From: a candidate division FCPU426 bacterium
GTDB taxonomy: Bacteria; Oederibacteriota; Muellerivitia; Muellerivitales; Muellerivitaceae
Assembly: GCA_963771075.1 (NCBI GenBank)
Contig: CAVYSE010000017.1
Coordinates: forward strand, 96,001-160,000
DNA length: 64,000 bases
Direction of reading: 5' to 3'
The notes below the pieces were generated by a model. The model had not been told where the DNA came from. It ran no database searches and saw only the letters and a program-made list of their open reading frames with translations. The position numbers were made by a program, and so were the translations under genes. Below are positions 38,874 through 48,719 of the stretch, one piece after another; position 1 is the first letter of the stretch, and each line of letters starts with the position of its first letter.

Positions 38874-41047
38874 CACGGTTTCGCAAGCTCCTTCCACTGG
38901 TGATTTAAACCGGCCTTGAAGGTCTCGCCTGGATCTAAGGCTACTTCCCATCCGAACATTAGGCAGGAACCTTGGTATACCCTCTCAAAGCCGCCTTCGG
39001 ATTGGGATATAGTCTCGACAGGGTAACGGAAAAAGATCGCTTCTTTTTCCAGTTTAAACAGGAGATCCAGATTCAGCCAACCGTCCGTCATTCCCGCCAC
39101 CTTCACGTTGAGTTCAATGCCGGTACTGTTGAGCCGGGAATGGTCGAGTACTTTTCCCTTGACGTAATAATTGCGGTCCGGTGCGTTCCCCGCAAGCAAG
39201 GTCAAGTTCCATTCGTTGAAATACAGGAACCTCAGTTCCCGATCTCCGAGGTTTTTCAACCCGATTTGAACTTCCAGCTCAAAATCTCCCGGCTGGAACG
39301 AAAGGTCTTTTTTCAACCCAAAGGTCTGGCCCTCGACCCTACCCATCCTAGAAAGCGAAACCCTCAGGGGTTGGCCTTTTTTCTTGGGTTCCATGATCGC
39401 GGGCTCAAATACTCCTCGGCGAAAATCGGACAATTCCACAGCCCGGGAGGTATAAAAATCATCCACGGTCGTTCCCAAAGGGGCGAAACGGTCTACCAAG
39501 CTTACCCGGCGGTCGGCGTCATAAAAGAGTTTCTTTTCCAAACCCGGTTCCCTGGTTCGAACCAAGTCATGAATACTGGACACCCCCCCTTCCTGACCTC
39601 CCCCTTGGGCGTGATGCAATAATTTGGCGTGGTAGGCTTCCCGCCGCCGGGTGAGGGTGTCGGAAAGGTTGATGGGATGTTTGAGGTAATCCAGCTCAGA
39701 TAGGGTTCCTCCTTGCGCGGGTTCAATCAGGCTATGAAAACCGGAGGATTCCACTACAATTTCCTCATATCCATCCTTATTAAAGTCGGTACGTTGGGCT
39801 TGAATCCCATGCCGGTAAGGGGGCAGGATAGCGTCAGCCGCCTTCTCCGCCGTGATCAAATTTTGGTAAAGGGCAAACCTCAGGTGGTTCAGGTACAATC
39901 CGCCGAACACCCCATGCCAGAAGGCGCAATTACATTCACCCCGATAAAGGGCGGTTTCCGCTTCCGCCAGGAGCGCCTTTTGTTTGGCGATGGTTTTGGA
40001 GGGTTTATGCTCCCGCGCCCTCTGCACCTTGTCCGAAACCCACAATAGTTTCTTGTGCAATTGGTTACTTTCATCGTATTTAGACAGGAAGTGGCGCCAA
40101 AACCCTCCCTTGAGGTAACGTTCGTAACGAGGCATCTCGCCCCGGTTCTCCACTTCTCGGCACAGGCCCTCGAAATCGGCGGAGGCGTCTGGGGGGAGGG
40201 CCCATTCACCCATCTCGCTGTAGCTTCCCGTGGGCAGGCTCAAACGGCCCAGGGGAGGGTACGCCTGGACGTAATCGGCGAAAGAGATGCTTTTCAGCCA
40301 ATCGGAGTTCGCCTCCAGGGCGCTGAAAAACCTTTCCAGGTAGCCGCCCCTTTCCTCGTAAACCCATTTGTATGTGTCCGGCCAACCCCCGAATTTCTCA
40401 CCGTCATCCATCAGGACGACGCATCGGTTCCCCGCCTCGGTGGCCACGGAACGGAAATAATTTATGCTCTCATCCACGTCATGAAAGGGCATGATCTTGC
40501 GCATTCTTTGGGATATTGGGAAAACCCCGCAGGTAAAGCCCTGCTCCTCCATGAGGTAATAACCAAAAGTCTGATCCTCCCGGAGCCCTGCCGACTTGAA
40601 ATGGGCATCATCCAAAACCAAGTATTTAACGCCCGCCTGGGCCAGGGTCTTGGTTAGGTGAGGTTCCCATACCCGCTCCGCTGTCCACATTCCCTGAGGG
40701 ATCACGCCGAAATGCCTCATGATGAAGGAATTCATGCGTTCAATCTGGCCTAGCTTGTCCCGGTCGGGCAGGATTGACAGGATGGGCTCGTACATTCCCC
40801 CGGTGAATAGTTCCACCTGGCCCCGCTTCACCAGTGTTTTCAACCGGTCCAGAGTTTCCGGGCGGTTGGCCTCGAACCATTCCAATAGGGGTCCAGTCAC
40901 GTGGAAGGCGCATTTGACCTTGGGGTGCCGTTCCAACACCTGCAGGAAAGGATAGTAAGAGCATTTGTCCAGGGCCTCGAAGACCTCCCCGAAATTGCCG
41001 ACGGGCTGGTGGTTGTGAACCCCGAATATGAAATGAACTTGATTCAT
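38873..41047 (-). CDS. GH57 alpha-amylase / 4-alpha-glucanotransferase (DUF1925/DUF1926 type)
   Basis: HNHQPVGNF, YEPIL, GMWTAERVWEP (nucleophile), MDDGEKFGGWP (acid/base), SYSEMGEWAL, WHGVFGGLYL.HLR, SQSEGGFERVYQG. Confidence 0.93.
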   Translation of the reverse strand: MNQVHFIFGVHNHQPVGNFGEVFEALDKCSYYPFLQVLERHPKVKCAFHVTGPLLEWFEANRPETLDRLKTLVKRGQVELFTGGMYEPILSILPDRDKLGQIERMNSFIMRHFGVIPQGMWTAERVWEPHLTKTLAQAGVKYLVLDDAHFKSAGLREDQTFGYYLMEEQGFTCGVFPISQRMRKIMPFHDVDESINYFRSVATEAGNRCVVLMDDGEKFGGWPDTYKWVYEERGGYLERFFSALEANSDWLKSISFADYVQAYPPLGRLSLPTGSYSEMGEWALPPDASADFEGLCREVENRGEMPRYERYLKGGFWRHFLSKYDESNQLHKKLLWVSDKVQRAREHKPSKTIAKQKALLAEAETALYRGECNCAFWHGVFGGLYLNHLRFALYQNLITAEKAADAILPPYRHGIQAQRTDFNKDGYEEIVVESSGFHSLIEPAQGGTLSELDYLKHPINLSDTLTRRREAYHAKLLHHAQGGGQEGGVSSIHDLVRTREPGLEKKLFYDADRRVSLVDRFAPLGTTVDDFYTSRAVELSDFRRGVFEPAIMEPKKKGQPLRVSLSRMGRVEGQTFGLKKDLSFQPGDFELEVQIGLKNLGDRELRFLYFNEWNLTLLAGNAPDRNYYVKGKVLDHSRLNSTGIELNVKVAGMTDGWLNLDLLFKLEKEAIFFRYPVETISQSEGGFERVYQGSCLMFGWEVALDPGETFKAGLNHQWKELAKP

Positions 41048-41571
41048 AGATTCTCGTTTTTATCCTCAGGGTTCGCCGGGGGCAGCGAGTTCCCCTTTAA
41101 TTCGGGAAGGTATTTTTCAAGCGGTTCGCGGGTGTCGCCCGGAACGGCCCGCACTTCCAATTCCAATCCCAGGGCCTTAAGCTCTTTAAACGCATGGATA
41201 TCCCTCTCGTCCACGCAAACGATGGAACAAATTTGGCGTTTCCCTTCGCAATAGTGCATCCCCCCCACATTGATGGAACTCACCTTGCCGCCCGTTCGGA
41301 TGAAGGCCAGAACGTCCTGTGGATTGCTGAACAAAAGAAGGGCTTTTTCGGTCCCACCCCCGCGAGTCGCCTCAGAGGCGTCGGATAAGGTCAACAAACT
41401 TACCTTAAGGTTCGATGGAACGGCCATTTCCATCAGGGTTCGTTGCATCGCGTTCGCCGCAATGGAATTATTGGCCACGATGATCCGTTCAATGCTGAGG
41501 GCCCGGGCCCATCCCACTACCACCTGACCATGGATAAGCCGATCGTCTATGCGTATCAGAAGCAGGTCCAT
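41044..41571 (-). CDS. PTS mannose/sorbose family IIB component
   Basis: RIDDRLIHGQVVVGW, INVGGMH, RAVPGD. Confidence 0.95.
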   Translation of the reverse strand: MDLLLIRIDDRLIHGQVVVGWARALSIERIIVANNSIAANAMQRTLMEMAVPSNLKVSLLTLSDASEATRGGGTEKALLLFSNPQDVLAFIRTGGKVSSINVGGMHYCEGKRQICSIVCVDERDIHAFKELKALGLELEVRAVPGDTREPLEKYLPELKGNSLPPANPEDKNENL

Positions 41572-41581
41572 ATTTTTCCGT

Positions 41582-41995
41582 TCAACCCTGTTGTTTTCCC
41601 TGGATCAGGTCCTGGGCCCAAAGGACCCCGTCTTTTCCTGCTTTGGCCACTTCAGGCGCCAGTGATTTGATATTCGAGTCTCCCTGATGAGATACAGCTT
41701 TCAAAAGCATGGGCAGATTAACCCCGGTAATCAGTTGAATGGGCCTTTCTTGGGAGAGCCGGAAGGTGACGTTGAATGGGGTCCCCCCCAGCATGTCCAC
41801 CAGTACAAAGGACCCTTCTCCCTGGGGATCTACTTCTTCCAGGGCCTTTTCAAGCTTTTGTTGAAAAGTTTCAAGCGAATCGGAACCTTCCAAGGCCACA
41901 GCGGCAAGGCCCTGGTTTTCCCCAAGAATCAAGCGCAAAGTTCCCACCAGGGACCTTCCCAGCTCCCCATGGGTCGCGACGACGATACCAATCAT
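41582..41995 (-). CDS. PTS mannose/fructose family IIA component
   Basis: IGIVVATHG, LVDMLGGTPFN, ITGVNLPML. Confidence 0.95.
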   Translation of the reverse strand: MIGIVVATHGELGRSLVGTLRLILGENQGLAAVALEGSDSLETFQQKLEKALEEVDPQGEGSFVLVDMLGGTPFNVTFRLSQERPIQLITGVNLPMLLKAVSHQGDSNIKSLAPEVAKAGKDGVLWAQDLIQGKQQG

Positions 41996-42270
41996 GACTT
42001 TCCTTTCCTAGACAATGGGCAGGGGTACAACCCGCCACATGATAAACGGGCTTGGTGTTGGGAACAATCGGCTCCCTGATTAGTTTGGAATTTGCGCAGG
42101 ATAAAATCCGCGAATTCCATGATTCCCAATAACAACGGCAATTTATGCCGATTTCAACTGATCTTGCCGTCTAAAAAACGGTTTGTTTATCTACTTTTAG
42201 TACGATTCCCGATCAAGACAAACCTCGGGGAAACCAATGGATGACCGCAATTTCTAAATCTCGGGAAGGA

Positions 42271-43536
42271 TTAAATGACCAACCTTCGGATAATTGCCCG
42301 GCCCAGCTTGAAGGGACTATGACGAACAAAATCTTCTTTGTGCAATAGGTTAGCCATGACCAATTTCACGCCAAGTTCCTCAACCTTTTCTTCATCCACC
42401 TCCACGGGTTGTTGTCCCGAATCTGCGTACTTTTTCAATAGGGAAACGGGCGGCGTTTCCTGGTTGGCGATTACGTAATGGACAAAACTCGGCCCGGTGT
42501 GGCGGAAAATGGCTTTAAGATGGTCTGAAACGGTGTACTGGTCCGTTTCTCCCGGCTGGGTCATGACGTTGCAAACGTAGATTTTCACGGCGCGGGAGAG
42601 GGCAATCCGCTCGGCCACTTCCGGGATTAATAGGTTAGGAATCACGCTGGTGAAAAGACTTCCCGGTCCCAGTACGATCGCATCCGCTTCCAGAATGGCT
42701 TTCATCACCTCTTTGTTGGGCTTGACTCTCTGTTTGAGCATCACCTTTTCAATGGGCGATTTGCTGGTGGGGATCAAGGACTCACCGGTGAGTACGCGGC
42801 CGTCCTTGAACTTGGCCTGCAGAACCATAGGGTCAAAGGTCACGGGCATGACCGTTCCCCGGGTGGCGAAAAGCCGACTGGACTCCTCCACGGCCCGGCC
42901 AAAGTCCCCCGTGATTTCCCTCATGACCGTGATGAACAAATTGCCGAAACTGTGCCCCTTCAGATCGCCATGGCTCTTAAATCTGTATTGAAACAGGTCA
43001 TTTAAGAGGGTTTCCTGATCGGAAAGGGCCACGATGCAATTGCGGATATCACCGGGAGGCGGTGTTCCGAAATCCTGTCTTAAGCGGCCCGAGCTTCCCC
43101 CATCATCGGCCACCGTTACCACTGCCGTCAGGTTGCTCGTGTAATGCTTGAGGCTATAAAGCACATTAGGCAGTCCCGTACCCCCACCGACCGCCACTAT
43201 TCGGGGGCCCCTTTTCAAGCGAAGCCGGTTATAGGCGATATTAACGAAATCTTTCTCCCGAGCCGGTATCAAGATGGTCAGGACGAAGTAAAGGGATCGC
43301 CTCACACCCAAAACCAATCCAAAAATGGCCAATACAATGAGCAGGAAATCAGCGAACTTCAGATGCTGAATGTGATCGCTGAATTGCTGGATAACAGGCG
43401 GATTGTAATGAATCCCGGCGGTGTGCTGACTCATGAGCCCGGAAAAGCCGACCCCTAAGACGATCAAGGAGAGGGTCATCAGGAGCAGCCAGCGTTTCAA
43501 ACGGATCCCAGGATAGAGCCAACGTAGCCAGTTCAT
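42271..43536 (-). CDS. yvcK: YvcK/GlmR (UPF0052) family protein with N-terminal membrane extension
   Basis: VAVGGGTGL, VTVADDGGSSGRLR, PPGDIRNC, GHSFGNL, LGPGSLFTSVIPNLL, CNVMTQPGET. Confidence 0.9.
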   Translation of the reverse strand: MNWLRWLYPGIRLKRWLLLMTLSLIVLGVGFSGLMSQHTAGIHYNPPVIQQFSDHIQHLKFADFLLIVLAIFGLVLGVRRSLYFVLTILIPAREKDFVNIAYNRLRLKRGPRIVAVGGGTGLPNVLYSLKHYTSNLTAVVTVADDGGSSGRLRQDFGTPPPGDIRNCIVALSDQETLLNDLFQYRFKSHGDLKGHSFGNLFITVMREITGDFGRAVEESSRLFATRGTVMPVTFDPMVLQAKFKDGRVLTGESLIPTSKSPIEKVMLKQRVKPNKEVMKAILEADAIVLGPGSLFTSVIPNLLIPEVAERIALSRAVKIYVCNVMTQPGETDQYTVSDHLKAIFRHTGPSFVHYVIANQETPPVSLLKKYADSGQQPVEVDEEKVEELGVKLVMANLLHKEDFVRHSPFKLGRAIIRRLVI

Positions 43537-44504
43537 CCCGGGGTCTCTTTATCCTGTTTTTTCTGCCGTTCCGATTCCTCGGCCATGATTCGGGTGACCC
43601 GATCCGCGAATTCCTGGGCCGTGAAATAACCCAGCTTCATGAGACGGTGGTTCATGGCCGCCACCTCAATGATAACCGCCAAATTCCGGCCGGGCCTCAC
43701 GGGTATCACAAAAGTGGGTATCTCCACGTCAAAGATCTTCAAGGTGGAAGGGGTCAACCCCAGCCGGTCATATTCTTTCTTGGCATCCCATTCCTCCAGC
43801 CGTACCACCAACTCGATGCGTTTCTTGTCCCGTATGGCGCCCACACCAAAAAGACTTTCTATATTAATGATACCCAGGCCGCGAATTTCCATGTGATGCT
43901 TGATAATTTCCGACCTGGAGCCCATCAGAATGCGGTTGGCTAAACGCTTGATGTAAACCAGGTCGTCCGCCACAAGCCGGTGTCCCCGTTCGACCAGGTC
44001 TAAGGCGCATTCGCTTTTTCCGATGCCCGAGGTTCCCAAAACAAGAATACCCACCCCATATACATCCAGCAGCGTGCCGTGAATCGTGGTTTCAGGGGCA
44101 AATTCCTCCTCCAGGAAAACCGATATTTCGGAAACAAACTTGGTGGTGGGGGTGGGAGTGGTGAAAACGGGGATCTTTTGGCGGCGGGCCTCCAGGATAA
44201 GTTCCTGGGGCGGTTTGACCTTGTGGGTGACAACGATGGCGGGAATGCGGTAAGCCAGTAGGGTCTGGAAAATTTTTTTGCGATGGGCGGGCTTAAGCGT
44301 GGCCAGGTAATGAATCTCGGTTTTTCCCAGAATCTGCAAACGCTCGTAAGCGAACCACTTCAAATAACCGGTCAGGGCCATTCCCATTCGGTTGATGTCC
44401 ACGCTGACGATGTAGCGTTCCGCCATTCCCTCTTCGGCCAGCGGGGTCAAGCGCAACCGTTCTTTGGCCTGCTGGAAAAGGGCATCCACCGAAATTTTTT
44501 TCAT
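43533..44504 (-). CDS. hprK: HPr(Ser) kinase/phosphatase
   Basis: HGTLLDVYGVG, GTSGIGKSECALDLVERGHRLVADD, MEIRGLGIIN, PVRPGRNLAVIIEVAAMN. Confidence 0.97.
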   Translation of the reverse strand: MKKISVDALFQQAKERLRLTPLAEEGMAERYIVSVDINRMGMALTGYLKWFAYERLQILGKTEIHYLATLKPAHRKKIFQTLLAYRIPAIVVTHKVKPPQELILEARRQKIPVFTTPTPTTKFVSEISVFLEEEFAPETTIHGTLLDVYGVGILVLGTSGIGKSECALDLVERGHRLVADDLVYIKRLANRILMGSRSEIIKHHMEIRGLGIINIESLFGVGAIRDKKRIELVVRLEEWDAKKEYDRLGLTPSTLKIFDVEIPTFVIPVRPGRNLAVIIEVAAMNHRLMKLGYFTAQEFADRVTRIMAEESERQKKQDKETPG

Positions 44505-44582
44505 TTTGTTTTTCCCGGCGGCATGAATGTAAGACCGGTTTGGTTTACGAATGACCCCCGAAAGGGGAGGTCCGAATGGGCT

Positions 44583-45047
44583 TCAATGCTTAAGTTTTTC
44601 TTCCTCTTGAATGATCTTGATTACATCTTCTGGCGTTTTGGCCGATAGCAATGATTTACGAAAGTATTTGTCCTTCAAGAGGCTGGATATCCGGGCAAGG
44701 GCCTTCAAATGGGCGCCTGCGGCACCCTCGGGAGCCACTAAAAGGAAAAAAATGTTCACCGGCTCCCCATCCAGGGAATCAAAACTAATTCCCTCGGGAG
44801 ATAGGCCGAAGGCCGCCGCCAGGTCAGTGACGGTATCCGACTTCCCGTGGGGAATAGCAATCCCCTGGCCGATACCGGTCGAACCCAACTCTTCCCTCTC
44901 CAGCAAGGTCTGGATCATCTTTTTCTTATCCTTGACCTTGCCTGAATTGACCAATAGTTCCACCAATTCCTTGATGGCGTCCTTTTTGTTTTTGGACTCC
45001 AGGTTCAATTTGATAGCGTCAGAAGTTAAAAAATCCAGGATTTGCAT
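44583..45047 (-). CDS. ptsN: PTS IIA-like nitrogen regulatory protein
   Basis: Start MQILDF at 45047 after GGAGG; REELGSTGIGQGIAIPHGK, FDSLDGEPV, HLKALARIS; rpoN-hpf context. Confidence 0.88.
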   Translation of the reverse strand: MQILDFLTSDAIKLNLESKNKKDAIKELVELLVNSGKVKDKKKMIQTLLEREELGSTGIGQGIAIPHGKSDTVTDLAAAFGLSPEGISFDSLDGEPVNIFFLLVAPEGAAGAHLKALARISSLLKDKYFRKSLLSAKTPEDVIKIIQEEEKLKH

Positions 45048-45090
45048 CAGGGTCCTCCCCAAGAAATGGTGCTTCTTTTGAATCCCCGGC

Positions 45091-45651
45091 TCAGTATTCC
45101 GGTTCAATAAGGCCGATGTGGTGATCCTTGCGTTTGTAAACGACACAAGTTTTATCCGTGTCCGCGTCTAAAAAAACCAGGAATTCATGTTTTGAAACGG
45201 AAAGCTGCATTGCCGCCTCTTCCGCAGTCATGGGCTTGATCTCATGCTTCTTGGATCGAATAACCTCGAATTCTTCCCCCTCCGCTCCGGGGGGAATGAG
45301 CCCATGAATGACAGAGGAGGCCTTTGCGCCCGGGGCATGGCGGTGTTCCACGCGTTTCTCTTTGTTTTTCTTTGCCTGTTTCTCTAGACGGTCCAAGGCG
45401 GAATCGATGGAATTATACATGTCCCGGGAAGTGGCTTTGGCCGAAAGCTTCAAATGTTTGGCCGACAAGATAACTTCGCAAAGATGCAGGTTTCGCTCAT
45501 AGGTCAGGATCACGTGGGCTTCGGTAATCTGTCCTAGATAGCGTTCCACTCGATGAATTTTTTCTTCCACCTGATTCGTCAGGGCATCGCTCAATTTTTC
45601 GTGGCGGCTGGTAATGTTTAACTTGAATTTCGTATGGGCTTTTCGGAACAA
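45091..45651 (-). CDS. hpf: Ribosome hibernation promoting factor (long HPF)
   Basis: LNITSRH, DMYNSIDSALDRLEKQ.KK.KEK, KPMTAEEAAMQL, VVYKRKD..IGLIEP. Confidence 0.93.
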   Translation of the reverse strand: MFRKAHTKFKLNITSRHEKLSDALTNQVEEKIHRVERYLGQITEAHVILTYERNLHLCEVILSAKHLKLSAKATSRDMYNSIDSALDRLEKQAKKNKEKRVEHRHAPGAKASSVIHGLIPPGAEGEEFEVIRSKKHEIKPMTAEEAAMQLSVSKHEFLVFLDADTDKTCVVYKRKDHHIGLIEPEY

Positions 45652-45704
45652 GGGAAACCCCCAATGGTGGTGAAGAGGCGACTTAAGCGCCTAAAAGAGG
45701 GGTT

Positions 45705-45732
45705 ATTCTAACATTCGATAGTGGGAAGTCAA
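45705..45732 (-). promoter_or_regulatory. Candidate sigma70 promoter upstream of hpf
   Basis: Minus strand TTGACT-N16-TAGAAT with an extended -10 TG. Confidence 0.5.
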
Positions 45733-45762
45733 TCGAAGGAGGGAAGGAGAAATCCCCAATTG

Positions 45763-47301
45763 TCAGAGTTTTCGTCTCTGGGACGCCGAAGGAATCCTCA
45801 ATTCCTCCCGATACTTGGCGATGGTGCGGCGTGCAATAGAAAGACCGTCTTGAGTGAGAATTTGCATGATCTTCTGATCCGAGTATGGTTTGCGGGCGGG
45901 TTCCTGGGACACTAATTCCTTTATCCTTTCTTTGACCGTTAACGATGAAATATCCATGCCGTCGGAGGATTCCAAACCGCTGGTGAAGAAATACTTCAAT
46001 TCGAACAAACCCCTGGGGGTCTGGACATACTTGTGGGTGGTTACCCGGGATACGGTGGATTCATGCATGCCAATCATGTCGGCGACCTGTTTCAAGGTCA
46101 GAGGTTTCAATCCAACTAGTCCTGACTCCAGAAAATCCCGTTGAATGCGGAAAATAGCCTCCGTGACACGATAGATTGTCTTGCGCCTCTGCTCAATGTT
46201 TTTAATGAGCCAAAGAGCGGACTGGATCTTCGACTCAAGAAATTTCTTTGTTTCCTTGCCTCCCAAGGTCGATTTATCGCGCAAAAGCTTGCGATAATAA
46301 CCTGAGATTCGCAGCTTGGGCACCGGCTCGTCATTCAAAACCACCACGTAATCGCCCTCGATCTTACGCACACTCACATCCGGGGTGATGTACTTGGTAT
46401 CTTCGGATTGGAAAGCCCGACCCGGTTTGGGGTCCAACGTGGCGATAAAATCCAATATGGGCCTTAGCTCTTCTTCCGCGCACTCCAAACCCTTGGCAAG
46501 GGTTGAATAACGGCGTTTTTCTAAATCATCGAAGAAATCATGAACTACCCGGTAGGCTTTCCGAGCTATCTCCCCAACCTTGCTTTCCAATTGAAGAAGC
46601 AAACATTCCCTTAGATTCCTGGCTCCCACGCCAGTCGGCTCAAAGGATTGGATCGTTTCCAGGGATTTCTCAAGTTTATCCAGGGGAATTCCTTGAGTGA
46701 TAGAGATGTTTTCGAGGGTATCGGTCAAATAACCGTTTTCATCCAGATTGCCAATGAGCAACTTACCTAGGGACAGTTCCTCGTCCCCCTGGGTTACTAG
46801 CAACAGCTGCCATTCCAAACTTTCGGCGAGTGTTTGGATTCGGGTGATGGATGCCTCGACATAATCCCTTTTTTCTTGCTCCGCCCCCGAGTCTTCCGAA
46901 CCCCCATAATTTCCGGGACCACCCTCATAATCGTCGCCCTGCCCCATGAGGGCCCAGGCCTCGATGTCGAAATGATCCCCTTCTTTCAAGTGCTCCACCA
47001 CATCATTCGTGGATCGTTGTTGAAGTCTTTCGAGCAATTCGGCTTCGGCGGTGTTGGTTTCCTGGGAGGCGTCGGCGGGAGGGGCGGGAGAAACGGTCTT
47101 ATCGTCGGCCGTTTCAGCAGGGGCTTCCTCTTGTTCCTCCTCCAGAACCGGATTTTCCATCATTTCCTTCTCGACCCACTCCTTCAGTTCCAGGGTGGAC
47201 AGCTGAAGGATCTTCATGGCCTGCTGCAACATGGGCGTCATGATCATGCGCTGTTGCATGCGCTGATGCATTCCGAAATTTTGGCGCATATTCCATGCCA
47301 C
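45763..47301 (-). CDS. rpoN: RNA polymerase sigma-54 factor
   Basis: MTPMLQQAMKILQL, GNLDENGYL, PTGVGARNLRECL, HESTVSRV, RpoN box ARRTIAKYRE. Confidence 0.97.
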   Translation of the reverse strand: MAWNMRQNFGMHQRMQQRMIMTPMLQQAMKILQLSTLELKEWVEKEMMENPVLEEEQEEAPAETADDKTVSPAPPADASQETNTAEAELLERLQQRSTNDVVEHLKEGDHFDIEAWALMGQGDDYEGGPGNYGGSEDSGAEQEKRDYVEASITRIQTLAESLEWQLLLVTQGDEELSLGKLLIGNLDENGYLTDTLENISITQGIPLDKLEKSLETIQSFEPTGVGARNLRECLLLQLESKVGEIARKAYRVVHDFFDDLEKRRYSTLAKGLECAEEELRPILDFIATLDPKPGRAFQSEDTKYITPDVSVRKIEGDYVVVLNDEPVPKLRISGYYRKLLRDKSTLGGKETKKFLESKIQSALWLIKNIEQRRKTIYRVTEAIFRIQRDFLESGLVGLKPLTLKQVADMIGMHESTVSRVTTHKYVQTPRGLFELKYFFTSGLESSDGMDISSLTVKERIKELVSQEPARKPYSDQKIMQILTQDGLSIARRTIAKYREELRIPSASQRRKL

Positions 47302-47396
47302 CCGGTAGGAGGTAACTGCGCAAGAATTATACCTTTTTTAGCAGAATTAGAGGAATTTCATTAACTTGCTCTTTTATTAACATTTATAAAGTTCTT

Positions 47397-48620
47397 TCAA
47401 TCAGACCAGCCCTTTTGGAACCTTGTCTTTTCCCATTGGCCAATCCAAAAGTCAAGATCAAAGGGTTTTGGATATTCTAAATGTCCTTTCCTAATTCCCC
47501 GTCCGCCCTTGAAGATCGACTTTAAGGTGCGAAAATTTTCCGGATTGACCAAGGGATCAAACTGGTAAAGTGCAAAGTCAGCCCACTTCCCCTTCTCTAA
47601 TGATCCAATGGAATCTTCATTCAATACCTTCGCCGCTTCCGAAGTGGCCATTCTCAAGCATTGGGCAGGCGTCATCCCGGTCTCTTGAAGATCCTTCCAC
47701 TCCTGTGTGGAAACTCCATAAGGCATATGGGGATTACCTGCGTCGGTTCCGTAGGCCACCCTCCCGCCTAGTGAAAGGTATCGTTCTAGGTTCTGCATGC
47801 TGTGGTAATGCCCTTCCCGAAAACCATGCCGGCAAAACTGGCCGAAGGGATGATCCAAACGTCTTTTCCATTCTTGCGCCCATCCTTCGTGCGCGTGCAA
47901 TGTCGGTAGGATTATAATTTTCTTTTTCACCGCTTCTTTCCAAAGGTCGTCTGAAACAGGCCGGGCGGGCATATGGGCCAATTCATCCACCCCATGAGCC
48001 ACACAAAGCTCAAAGTCCATTTCATTGGTGATATGGGCCGTAACACGCATCCCAAGTGCATGAGCGGCCGAAACTATCCCATCCATTTCGGCCTTGGAAA
48101 GACAAGGGCCTAGTTCATGTTCTAAACCGATTTTAATGACGTCCATTCCGAGTCCGGACAGCTTTTGGACCCGGTCCTGAGCTTGATAACGACCTTTAAT
48201 CGTAAAGGCAACACTCGGGCCCCACACGTTCTCGGGATAGCCTCCCGGACAAGTCAGGACCGGTCCCGAAGTGAACAACCGGGGAGATACAACACGTCCG
48301 GATCGTTCCTTCGCCTTCCATTCCAAGGCCGTATTCGCATCGCTGGCCAAATCACGGGCCGTGGTAACTCCATTCCGTAAAAAGCTGGCGAGAACTTTCT
48401 CATTGACCAAGGCATGAACATGTAGATCAATTAACCCAGGCAATAGAAATTGACCCTTTCCCGGAATTTCTTCTAATGCCTCGAACAACGGAGCTTTTGA
48501 CGAAGGCCCGGCGTAGATTATTTTCCCACGGAAAACCAACAGGACCGATTCCAAAATCGGTTGATCATGGACCCCGTCGTAAAGAGTGGCTTTTAAAATG
48601 GCAAGGTCGACTTTCAACAT
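47397..48620 (-). CDS. Metal-dependent amidohydrolase family protein
   Basis: LLPGLIDLHVH, GVTTARDL, VTAH, AYGTDAG, IGSLEKGKWAD. Confidence 0.88.
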   Translation of the reverse strand: MLKVDLAILKATLYDGVHDQPILESVLLVFRGKIIYAGPSSKAPLFEALEEIPGKGQFLLPGLIDLHVHALVNEKVLASFLRNGVTTARDLASDANTALEWKAKERSGRVVSPRLFTSGPVLTCPGGYPENVWGPSVAFTIKGRYQAQDRVQKLSGLGMDVIKIGLEHELGPCLSKAEMDGIVSAAHALGMRVTAHITNEMDFELCVAHGVDELAHMPARPVSDDLWKEAVKKKIIILPTLHAHEGWAQEWKRRLDHPFGQFCRHGFREGHYHSMQNLERYLSLGGRVAYGTDAGNPHMPYGVSTQEWKDLQETGMTPAQCLRMATSEAAKVLNEDSIGSLEKGKWADFALYQFDPLVNPENFRTLKSIFKGGRGIRKGHLEYPKPFDLDFWIGQWEKTRFQKGWSD

Positions 48621-48719
48621 AATTCTCCGTAACCCATCGGACCTTCGACTTATTTATGGAGGCCAATACAGCTTCGCTCAAACGCCGGACAAACTAGTCC
48701 CTTTCGCCAAAACCACTTT

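Noticed and set aside
38874..38951. N-terminal extension of PTS IIC in the ORF track (likewise ptsN 45048-45146 and GH5 54247-54297)
   Set aside because: Better starts with an RBS or stop/start coupling lie downstream; the IIC and ptsN extensions also overlap upstream genes.
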